Source of the DNA: Octopus sinensis
Lineage: Eukaryota
DNA: 11,046 nt
Assembly (NCBI RefSeq): GCF_006345805.1
Contig: NW_021827180.1
Coordinates: forward strand, 1-11,046
Direction of reading: 5' to 3'
Part shown: in pieces, positions 1 through 8,733 of the stretch
How positions within the stretch are numbered: the first letter of the stretch is position 1
Layout of the letters: each line of letters begins with the position of its first letter
Program-made: the position numbers and the translations under genes
The notes under the pieces: model-generated
Told to the model about the DNA's origin: nothing
The model's database searches: none
The model's input: the letters and a program-made list of their open reading frames with translations, nothing else

Positions 1-250
1 ATACACCGCTGATCACAATGTGCTTTCAATTATCTCTTGATTGCGGCATTCTTTTCCATCTTGACTCAAGTTGCTTAACTAAATCGTCTTCCCATTATCG
101 TGCTGTCCTTCCAAGTGGTTTTTCCCGATTTCTTGGATACCACTCGGCAACTGGACGTGTCCAACTGTTGTCTGTGAATCTTCCGACATGTTCGTTCCAG
201 TGGAACTTGTACTTTCGGTATTCTGCGACCACATCGTTCACCCCACTCCG
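1..250 (-). pseudogene. Degenerate RTE-clade LINE ORF2 C-terminal fragment (5'-truncated, runs off the left edge)
   Basis: Minus-strand translation from 250: RSGVNDVVAEYRKYKFHWNEHVGRFTDNSWTRPVAEWYPRNREKPLGRTAR*WEDDLVKQLESRWKRMPQSRDN*KHIV. This matches the recalled RTE C-terminal pattern (W.GHV.R..D.RWT..V.EWYPR..KRP.GRP..RW.D...W...AQ.R..W). In-frame stops at 97-95 and 28-26. Confidence 0.85.
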
Positions 251-261
251 TTATATAAATG

Positions 262-263
<2 letters not shown>

Positions 264-332
<69 letters not shown>
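264..332. repeat. (TA)n microsatellite
   Basis: Near-perfect TA run; a further TA/CA run at 721-815 flanks the other side of SINE A1. Confidence 0.97.
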
Positions 333-335
<3 letters not shown>

Positions 336-718
336 GAGTGGCTGTGTGGTAAGTAGCTTGTGTTACCAACCACACGGTTCCGGGTTCAGTCCCACTGCGT
401 GGCACCTTGGGCAAGTGTCTTCTACTATAGCCTCGGGCCGACCAAAGCTTGTGAGTGGATTTGGTAGACGGAAACTGAAAAAATCCCGTCGTAATATATG
501 TATATATATATATGCGTGTGTGTGTTTGTGTGTCTGTGTTTGTCCCCCTAGCATTGCTTGACAACCGATGCTGGTGTGTTTATGTCCCCGTTACTTAGCG
601 TTCGGCAAAAGAGACCGATAGAATAAGTACTGGGCTTACAAAAAATAAGTCCCGGATCGAGTTGCTCGATGAAGGCGGTGCTCCAGCATGGCCGCAGTCA
701 TATGACTGAAACAGTAAA

Positions 719-721
<3 letters not shown>
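333..721 (+). mobile_element. tRNA-derived SINE, family A copy 1 (inserted in a TA array; first few nt of the head missing)
   Basis: A-box-like TGGCTGTGTGG, B-box-like GGTTCAGTCCC, internal TA/TG tract, tail ...GACTGAAACAGTAAAAG; colinear with the copies at 2093, 4074 and 8136. Confidence 0.93.
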
Positions 722-760
<39 letters not shown>

Positions 761-859
761 TGCATACACACACACACACATATATATAATAAGGGTATAG
801 ATATATATACACACATATTTATACAAAAGAGATAATGTACAAAACATACAGTATATATC

Positions 860-1015
860 CAACATATTTAAAAGCTGACTTAATCATGTTTTTAAACTCT
901 TGTATGTTATATAGTATTACAGCAAACTAATTTAAATCATTGCAGTTAAATAACTCAAATCAGTCGGAAGTAATGTTTATCCCAAATCATCGAGAATATT
1001 ACAGGCTACGCAAAT
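860..1015 (+). pseudogene. Possible remnant of a PLE GIY-YIG endonuclease C-terminus
   Basis: One frame from 901 reads CMLYSITAN*FKSLQLNNSNQSEVMFIPNHREYYRL, loosely fitting recalled CxLCxxEKxxI...LNxxSExxxxCxHxxKxxL spacing; a hammerhead-like motif lies ~200 nt downstream. Weak similarity. Confidence 0.3.
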
Positions 1016-1191
1016 CTCTCACACCGATAATAAACATGCACGCGCATGTACACGCACGCACGCATGCACACACACACAACATACATATGTAGTGTTAAGT
1101 TATAATAAATATTTTACATTAGATTGAAAGATTACTCAATATGTTTTGTAGAGTACAAACTTATCATTCTTTATCAAAGATCGTGTTGATA

Positions 1192-1263
1192 GTGACTTCG
1201 ACGTTTTGGCCAGCTAAGTTGTCCGTCTGACGATGTCTTAGCTGGATGAAACTTCAAAGTGAC
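1192..1263 (+). ncRNA. 27-bp imperfect inverted repeat containing a degenerate minimal hammerhead core
   Basis: Arms 1192-1218 and 1237-1263 match at 21/27 positions, including perfect CCAGCTAAG/CTTAGCTGG. CTGACGA at 1227-1233 and GAAAC at 1248-1252; consensus of the two arms reconstructs GGAC-GAAAC-GTC-GAAG. Confidence 0.45.
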
Positions 1264-1277
1264 CATGAATGTTAATC

Positions 1278-1520
1278 TTATTTCTTTATTGCTCACAAGG
1301 GGCTAAACATAGAAGGGACAAACAAGGACAGACAAAGGGATTAAGTCATTAAGTCGATTACATCGACCCCAGTGCATAACTGGTACTTAATTTATCGACT
1401 CCGAAAGGATGAAAGGCAAAGTCGACATCGGCGGAATTTGAACTCAGAACATAAAGACGGACGAAATACCGCTAAGCATTTCGCCTGGCGTGCTAACGTT
1501 TCTGCCAGCTCGCTGCCTTC
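1278..1520 (-). mobile_element. tRNA-derived SINE, family B copy 1 (central GCCTTTCATCCTTTCGG..TCGATAAATTAAGTACC segment resembles the Meta/V-type SINE core)
   Basis: 10-bp TSD AATGTTAATC at 1268-1277 and 1521-1530; B-box-like GAGTTCAAATTCC (1445-1433); 8-nt internal tandem duplication TTAAGTCA/TTAAGTCG at 1341-1356. Confidence 0.9.
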
Positions 1521-1533
1521 AATGTTAATCATG

Positions 1534-1535
<2 letters not shown>

Positions 1536-1611
<76 letters not shown>

Positions 1612-1619
1612 CACACACA
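1536..1619. repeat. (CA)n microsatellite
   Basis: Directly visible. Confidence 0.97.
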
Positions 1620-1664
1620 TCAATAAGTGATGTTCATCGTCACATCAATATGGCTGTTTTGTAG

Positions 1665-1837
1665 GAATCAATGATACTACCGTCTTTAACCCCAAGAAGA
1701 GCCTTCTTCAGCTGGTTATCGATACTTTCTGCACCCGATATATATTGCAAGAAGGGGAACGAACCCCTACCATCTTTTAGTAGATGACGGGATCACCGGA
1801 CCGTACGGTTTTGAACTATTTGTATTCATCGTCAAAG
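1665..1837 (+). CDS. Candidate coding exon, unassigned product (two models; see findings)
   Basis: Acceptors TTTTGTAG|1665 or CCTTCTTCAG|1712; donor AAG|GTGAAC after 1837; GC-richer than its flanks; one frame stop-free from 1690 to ~1905. Not confirmed. Confidence 0.28.
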
Positions 1838-2092
1838 GTGAACACCCCCGCTCGCAGTATATAGGGAAACTGACAGTCAGTGTAATGTATTTAAAGAAAT
1901 ACCAGAAATGAAATACAAATACTATCCTCAATAACAAACCCCACCGCCCTCTGTCTCTCTTACACCCTCACACATATTAAAAAAAGCTTCTTATTTTATT
2001 ACGATGATTTCGTGTGATTTGAACACGAAACATTTAAAAGCCACATGGCAATTAATTTGTAGAAAAAAATAACAATAACACAAACAACTTTT

Positions 2093-2283
2093 GGCGCAGG
2101 TGTGGCTGTGTGGTAAGAAGCTTGCTTCCCAACCATACTGTTCCGGGTTCAGTCCTACTGCGTGAGACGTTGGGATTCTGCTATAGCCTTGAGCCAACCA
2201 AGGCCTTTTGAGTGGATTTGGCAGACGGAAACTGAAAGAATCCCGTCGCACTTATATGTGCGTGTGTGTGTGTGTGTGTGTGT

Positions 2284-2324
<41 letters not shown>

Positions 2325-2334
2325 TTGTGTGTGT

Positions 2335-2376
<42 letters not shown>

Positions 2377-2582
2377 TGTGTGCGTGTGTGGTGTGTGTGT
2401 GTGTGTGGTGTGTGTCTGTGTTTGTGTGTGTCTGTCTTAGCGGTTCGGCAAAACGAATGATAGAATAAGTACCAGGCCTTCAAAAAAGATGCTAAGTTCT
2501 GTGGTCGATTCATTTGTCTAAAAAAACTTTTCAAGGTGGTACCGCAATATGGATGCAGCTTAATGGCTGAAACGAATAAAAC
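2093..2582 (+). mobile_element. tRNA-derived SINE, family A copy 2 (diverged, internal (TG)n expanded to ~180 nt)
   Basis: GGCGCAGGTGTGGCTGTGTGGTAAG head, GGTTCAGTCC box, AGACGGAAACTGAAAGAA core, diverged 3' part. Confidence 0.88.
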
Positions 2583-2887
2583 ATAATGGAAAAATCCAGA
2601 TATATCTTAACGGAACCAATTTTCGAATCCAATTTTCTTTGTAATTATTTTTATTATTCGTTTGGCAATGTAGAATAGATTTTATTAGTTGGTTGATGCA
2701 GTTGACATCTCTCACTCGCAGAAACATTTTTATATTATCCCGGCTTATCTATGTATTCGTGGCCTATCGGCAATTCAAGGAAGACCTTATTTATTCATGT
2801 TATTGCCAGCAGTTGTGACAGACAAGTGAATTTGAAATAATCTTCTTCGATGATAGAACAAATAATAAATAACGGATTCTTATAAGA

Positions 2888-3279
2888 TGGGGATGGAAGC
2901 ACTCCGTCGGTTACGACGACGAGGGTTCTGGTTGATCCGATCAACGGAACAGCCTGCTCGTGAAATTAACGTGTAAGTGTCTGAGCACTCCACAGACACG
3001 TGTACCCTTAACGTAGTTCTCGGGGATATTCAGCGTGACACAGAGAGTGACAAGGCCGGCCCTTTGAAATACAGGTACAACAGAAACAGGAAGTAAGAGT
3101 GAGAGAAAGTTGTGGTGAAAGAGTACAGCAGGGTTCGCCACCATCCCTGCCGGAGCCTCGTGGAGCTTTTTAGATGTTTTCGCTCAATAAACACTCACAA
3201 CGCCCGGTCTGGGAATCGAAACCGCGATCCTACGACCGCGAGTCCGCTGCCCTAACCACTGGGCCATTGCGCCTCCACG
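2888..3279 (-). mobile_element. tRNA-derived SINE, family C copy 1 (full length)
   Basis: 10-bp palindromic TSD TCTTATAAGA at 2878-2887 and 3280-3289; head GTGGAGGCGCAATGGCCCAGTGG; near-identical to 9999-10387. Confidence 0.95.
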
Positions 3280-3508
3280 TCTTATAAGAAATTTATGAGT
3301 AGAAAGGGTAAGTGCAAGATGTTTAAAAAAGAACTCACTATATTACTGGTACAACCATTTGATGAATCACTGTACTGTGGAGTACATACTGTGGTTCACG
3401 AGAAGACAAAATCGGATTAACGAATCTATCTGTGAGTCTAACCCAGGCGTTTGATCAGATGCAGCATTTGTCATATGCCTGTTCTTCCTAGGTTGAATTG
3501 GGGATAAA

Positions 3509-3562
3509 CATCAACAAAAACAACAACAAAAACAACAGGAATAAATGACCACAAAAAACAAC
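3509..3562. repeat. (CAA)/(CAAAAA)-rich low-complexity tract
   Basis: Directly visible. Confidence 0.8.
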
Positions 3563-4073
3563 AGCATCAGAGTCAGCAGCACTAGAAGTCACAACTACAG
3601 TTCTCCCTTCGTCAAGAAAGTTAACAACGAGGACAATGAAAGAGCAAGAATGAAATTGTATGAATAAATGTAAAAAAAAAAATCAGCTACAATAATCAAA
3701 GAGAGAATTATTCCCCTGTGAATTCATCAATATTCAACAACAAATCTTCATGCATATCTTTAAAAATGTGGTCGGCCAGATTTTCAGAGCTCTTAAATAC
3801 TCTGGCCTACATAGCATTTAAACCATATCATACGCAGATATTCTACCTTCGTTCAGGCTTCTCACACCAACCCTATGATAGCATGCTAATAGTAAACAAT
3901 CACTGCATCGAAATCCCGAAGCTACAAGGTAATGCATGATAAATTCAAAACTGTGAATAAATAAGCTTTAAATTTCACTGAGTAACCTGAAAACTAAAGG
4001 GTCAATAGTACAAATGAGCTGACCACGCCTAGCGTGATTGTAGAATGAAGTTCGATTAAAAACTGCATGTATA

Positions 4074-4445
4074 GGCGCAGGAGTGGCTGTGTGGTAAGTA
4101 GCTTGCTAACCAACCACATGGATCCGGGTTCAGTCCCGCTGCGTGGCATCTTGGGCAAGTGTCTTCTGCTATAGCCCCGGGCCGACCAATGTCTTGTGAG
4201 TGGATTATATATATATATGAGTGTGTTTGTGTGTTTGTGTTTGTCCCCTTAGCATTGCTTGACAACCGATGCTGGTGTGTTTACGTCCCCGTCACTTAGC
4301 AGTTCGGCAAAAAAAAGAGACCGATAGAATAAGTACTGGGCTTACAAAGAATAAGTCCCAGGGTCGATTTGCTCGACTAAAGGCGGTGCTCCAGCATGGC
4401 CGCAGTCAAATGACTGAAACAAGTAAAAGAGTAAAAGAGTAAAGA
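4074..4445 (+). mobile_element. tRNA-derived SINE, family A copy 3 (internal ~30-nt deletion)
   Basis: A/B boxes present; lacks the GGTAGACGGAAACTGAAA...GTCG segment at ~4205; (GTAAAAGA)n tail; possible 5-bp TSD GTATA (4069-4073 / 4446-4450). Confidence 0.93.
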
Positions 4446-4662
4446 GTATACTGGACATTAAACAACTAACTAGACTATCATAGGCAACAAGTTAACGAAG
4501 GAACATTTAGAAAAAGTTACCAAATCTCCTTCAAACTACATCTTGCCATCTGCAATAATGAAAGAGACAATAACTAACGTGCCCCTGCGTATCTGTGAAA
4601 AGACTAGACAGTCACGCCTGGAGCACTTTCTAAGACTATACTCGATCAAAGCTATCCTGGAG

Positions 4663-4666
<4 letters not shown>

Positions 4667-4706
<40 letters not shown>
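4667..4706. repeat. (CATA)n microsatellite
   Basis: Directly visible; a related CATA/GATA/GACA tract lies at ~4925-4961. Confidence 0.95.
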
Positions 4707-4708
<2 letters not shown>

Positions 4709-5635
4709 GGGGGAAAAAAAAAAGGTCGGCCATGCCTGTGCAGAGTTTTAGGTCCAATAAGGCTTGCAAAACACCTCATAGACCCTCTCCACTCTATTGA
4801 CATTATCCAGAGACAAGTCGGAGCAAGATGACTGGTGCCAATATGAGTTGCAGGCTCAGGGATGTGGGAGCGCCGTGATCTCTAGCACAAACCAAAGATC
4901 CCCAAAATGTTCAATGCCATTCCCTACATACATACATAGATACATACATACATAGACAGATATAACTTTTTTATTTTGTGGGGAAGACTCTTGATAGGAA
5001 ATTGTGAGTTGAAATTGTTGTTATACCTTGGGAAGGTAATTTTGCCAATAAAATCCGCTTGAAGGCAAATGGAGCTGATAAGGATGCATCGTGGACTGCA
5101 ACGAAAGGATTATATTGAAGCAAAACAATGATCAAACAACTGATTCCTTAATCAGTTGATTAAATGACTGATAATCATAAAAAGAATGAAATATAACCAG
5201 TGCATGTGTTTTTATTGCTAAAATGACCCTCCCAGTGTATAATAGTACATTTATACACATACACACGTGCTGCATGCATAGAGTACATTTTTTCTTCATC
5301 GTATTAACGAGGCCAGTGGGGAGAAACCTGAAGTTACTGACAACTCTTACATATAATAAATTTGACTCTACCTCCAGTTTTGAGTCCTTTTATCAGTATT
5401 TGTTTGTTGTTATTTATCAATTTATAACTATCTCTCTCTCTCTCTCCTCTCTCTCTTGCATGCACATACATGCGTACGCGCACACATAAATAAACACATA
5501 TAAAGACAATATTACCATCAGTTTTATATTTCGATATATTCCATCCGAGGAAAGGATCTGTAATTGATTTGATTTTAAATGAAACGTATGTAATGATATC
5601 TCTAAAATATCAATAACTTCTTCTTCTCTTTCTCT

Positions 5636-5702
5636 AATATATATATATATATTATATATATATATATTATATATATTATATATATATATATGATATATTA
5701 TA

Positions 5703-5735
<33 letters not shown>

Positions 5736-5752
5736 ATATATAATATATATAT
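5636..5752. repeat. Imperfect (TA)n microsatellite
   Basis: Directly visible. Confidence 0.95.
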
Positions 5753-5779
5753 GGATGTAATGTAATAGCAACATGAACA

Positions 5780-5925
5780 GAGTGGAGAAAATCGCATCTT
5801 TAATTGAGGTTTACACCGCACCGCACATTGCTGACGATCGTTTCTCTTGTGTCAGCATATTTAAAGAAAAAAGGTTAATACTGAGTGCTTCTAGATATCT
5901 GCCTGAATTTATTAATACCTTTTAC
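5780..5925 (+). pseudogene. Possible remnant of a PLE GIY-YIG endonuclease C-terminus
   Basis: CVSIFKEKRLILSA (5848-5889) keeps the recalled spacing CxLCLxEKxxILxA; preceded (with one frameshift) by W-x-x-I...Y and followed by ...FIN. Confidence 0.4.
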
Positions 5926-5945
5926 TTCTTATATACACACATATA

Positions 5946-7025
5946 TACATACATGCATACATACATACATACATACATACATACATACATACATACATAC
6001 ATGTATGCATGCATACATACATACATACATACATGCATACATGCATACATACATACATACATGCATGCATGCATGTATACATACATACATACATACATAC
6101 ATGCATACATACATACATACATAATACATACATGCATGCATGCATGCATACATACATACATACATACATACATGCATACATGCATACATACATACATACA
6201 TACATGCATGCATGCATGCATACATACATACATACATACATACATACATGCATACATACATACATACATACATGCATACATACATACATACATACATACA
6301 TGCATACATGCATACATACATACATACATACATACATACATGCATACATGCATACATACATACATACATACATGCATACATGCATACATACATACATACA
6401 TACATACATACATACATGCATACATGCATGCATGCATACATACATACATACATACATGCATACATACATACATACATACATACATGCATACATACATACA
6501 TACATACATGCATACATGCATACATGCATACATACATACATACATGCATACATGCATACATGCATGCATGCATACATACATACATACATACATACATACA
6601 TGCATACATACATACATACATACATGCATACATACATACATACATACATACATACATGCATACATACATACATACATACATACATACATGTATGCATGCA
6701 TACATACATACATACATACATACATGCATACATACATACATACATACATACATACATGCATGCATGCATGCATGCATACATACATACATACATACATACA
6801 TACATACATACATGCATGCATGCATACATACATACATGCATACATGCATGCATGCATGCATACATACATACATACATACATACATGCATGCATGCATGCA
6901 TACATACATACATACATATATACATACATGCATGCATGCATGCATGCATACATACATACATACATGCATACATGCATGCATGCATGCATACATACATACA
7001 TGCATACATGCATGCATGCATACAT
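5946..7025. repeat. ~1.08 kb compound (CATA/CATG)n tetranucleotide array
   Basis: Almost entirely CATA and CATG units, rare TATG/TATA variants, one phase slip at ~6123; source of the 300-430 aa H/T/Y/I/M/C ORFs. Confidence 0.98.
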
Positions 7026-7027
7026 TC

Positions 7028-7067
7028 CTGACGAAGATCCAGTGACAATTATATCGTAACTGTGGTT
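7028..7067 (+). ncRNA. Weak degenerate hammerhead-like motif
   Basis: CTGACGA-A-GAT...ATC-GTAAC-TGTG-GTT: needs a T->A change to give GAAAC, has only a 3-bp stem II and 2-bp stem I. Confidence 0.25.
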
Positions 7068-7105
7068 GACATTAGGTAGTCTAAACAGCATACTGCTAGA
7101 CATAT

Positions 7106-7423
7106 GGAAGCACTCCGTGTAAGTGGCTGAGCACTCCACAGACACGTGTACCCTTAACGTAGTTCTCGAGGATATTCAGCGTGACACAGAGAGTGACAAG
7201 GCCGGCCCTTTGAAATACAGGTACAACAGAAACAGGAAGTAAGAGTGAGAGAAAGTTGTGGTGAAAGAGTACAGCAGGGATCACCACCATCACCTGCCAG
7301 AGCCTCGTGGAGCTTTAGGTGTTTTCGCTCAATAAACACTCACAATCCCCGGTCTGGGAATCGAAACCGCGATCCTATGACCGCGAGTCTGCTGCCCTAA
7401 CCACTGGGCCATTGCGCCTCCAC
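7106..7423 (-). mobile_element. tRNA-derived SINE, family C copy 2 (65-nt deletion near the 3' end)
   Basis: 12-bp TSD TGCTAGACATAT at 7094-7105 and 7424-7435; relative to copy 1, 65 nt between two CGT microhomologies (2905-2907 and 2970-2972) are missing. Confidence 0.95.
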
Positions 7424-7548
7424 TGCTAGACATATACCCAATGTCAAAACATTTATATGTCGCGGAGATAAATCCGTGCAGTGAACGGCCAAAATCACAT
7501 TTATCTTCTGAGAGGGAAGGACAATATCTTCTCTTTTTATCTCCACAG

Positions 7549-7698
7549 ATGGAAAATCGATTTCGTATGAATTACGACGGGTATTGTACGAAGAACCTAG
7601 TGAACTGCCGGTGTTTAGAGGTTATTTTACCCCTCTATTAGTACTGGAATTATGGACGGATTATTTTATAAAATACTATTTATCATACAGGAAGTTTA
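7549..7698 (+). CDS. Candidate internal coding exon (phase 1-1, 150 nt); product unassigned, weak fibronectin type III-like pattern
   Basis: Strong acceptor TCTTCTCTTTTTATCTCCACAG|, donor |GTAAGT at 7699, open phase-1 frame (D)GKSISYELRRVLYEEPSELPVFRGYFTPLLVLELWTDYFIKYYLSYRKF. Confidence 0.48.
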
Positions 7699-7734
7699 GT
7701 AAGTCATAGGAACACATAGGTTGTTAATTAATAT

Positions 7735-7922
7735 CGGTTTCAAATTTTGGCACAAGGCCAGCACTTTCAAGGGAGAGGGTAAGTCGATTACATCGATCCC
7801 AGTGCACAACTGGTACTTATTTTATCGACCCCGAAGGAATGAAATGCACTGGCGATCTCGATGGAATTTGAATTCAGAACGTAAGGACGAACGAAACGCC
7901 GCTAAACATTTTACCCGGCGCA
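7735..7922 (-). mobile_element. SINE family B copy 2 (different tail subfamily, 5'-truncated)
   Basis: 11-bp TSD TTAATTAATAT at 7724-7734 and 7923-7933; homologous to 1350-1490; lacks the first ~25 nt including the A box. Confidence 0.88.
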
Positions 7923-8135
7923 TTAATTAATATTAATGTGAATTATCAGGCCAAGAAATAGTTGAAGCAGAATGAGGTAAATTTTCAGAATCTATATATA
8001 GGAGTTTGGTCAGGTAACGGGGTTACTGAAAAGTTTAAAGGTTTAATATAGAAGTAGTGTGAATTTTTTGCAGTTTAGAAGGAACTCGTTGAATTATTGA
8101 CTCTCAATGTAAATTTTAAGCATTTTATTTACATA

Positions 8136-8547
8136 GGCGCAGGAGTGGCTGTGTGGTAAGTAGCTTGTTAACCAACCACATGGTTCCGGGTTCAGTCCCA
8201 CTGCGTGGCATCTTGGGCAAGTGTCTTCTGCTATAGCCCCGGGCCGACCAATGCCTTGTGAGTGGATTGGTAGACGGAAACTGAAAGAGCCTGTCGTATA
8301 TATGTATATATATATGTTTGTGTATATGTTTGTGTGTCTGTATTTGTCCCCCTAGCATTGCTTGACAACCGATTCTGGTGTGTTTACGTCCCTGTAACTT
8401 AGCGGTTCGGCAAAAGAGACCGATAGAATAAGTACTGGGCTTACAAAGAATAAGTCCCGGGGTCGATTTGCTCGACTAAAGGCGGTGCTCCAGCATGGCC
8501 GCAGTCAAATGATGAAACAAGTAAAAGAGTAAAAGAGGGAAAAGAGT
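8136..8547 (+). mobile_element. tRNA-derived SINE, family A copy 4 (full length)
   Basis: A box 8146-8156, B box 8189-8199, (GTAAAAGA)n tail; no clear TSD; inserted near the 3' end of the PLE ORF. Confidence 0.95.
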
Positions 8548-8680
8548 AATTCCTGAAAATTTTGATGATTTTCAATATGAAACTCTTCTTAAGTGTGAAT
8601 AATGGCATACCTTTATACCACTTACATAGGCCTGTATTACTCTGGGACTTTTCATTTAACGTCAAAAACATTTTTGCGTC

Positions 8681-8733
8681 ATTTTATTCGCCAAAATTGT
8701 TGCAATCTTATTTTACTTGGCAAAATTGTTGCG
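8681..8733. repeat. 29-nt-period imperfect tandem duplication inside the GIY-YIG remnant
   Basis: CAAAATTGTTGC at 8692-8703 and 8721-8732; accounts for extra residues in the endonuclease translation. Confidence 0.8.

Noticed and set aside
1676-1712. Minus-strand CTGAAGA followed by a wobble-rich stem
   Set aside because: No GAAA box and no stem I; too degenerate.
3300-3313. Strong donor-like AGG|GTAAGT
   Set aside because: No open, acceptor-bounded exon upstream, with or without SINE C1.
3857-3928. 72-nt phase 1-1 exon candidate (FSHQPYDSMLIVNNHCIEIPKLQ)
   Set aside because: Splice signals are fair, but it is short with no homology clue. Similar chance candidates occur at 2722-2825 (+), 5027-5095 (-), 9400-9479 (+) and ~4510-4600 (-), showing a high false-positive rate.
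5137-5158. Perfect 9-bp hairpin CAACTGATT-CCTT-AATCAGTTG
   Set aside because: Expected occasionally by chance in AT-rich DNA; no supporting context.
5826-5852. Minus-strand GAAACGATCGTC flanked by the GCTGAC/GTCAGC inverted repeat
   Set aside because: No CUGANGA box or stem II at the right position, and it overlaps the plus-strand endonuclease remnant; not called as a ribozyme.
5773-7145. Six or seven overlapping 300-430 aa ORFs rich in HTYI/MYVC
   Set aside because: CATA/CATG repeats contain no stop codons in most frames; open on both strands, so a repeat artefact.
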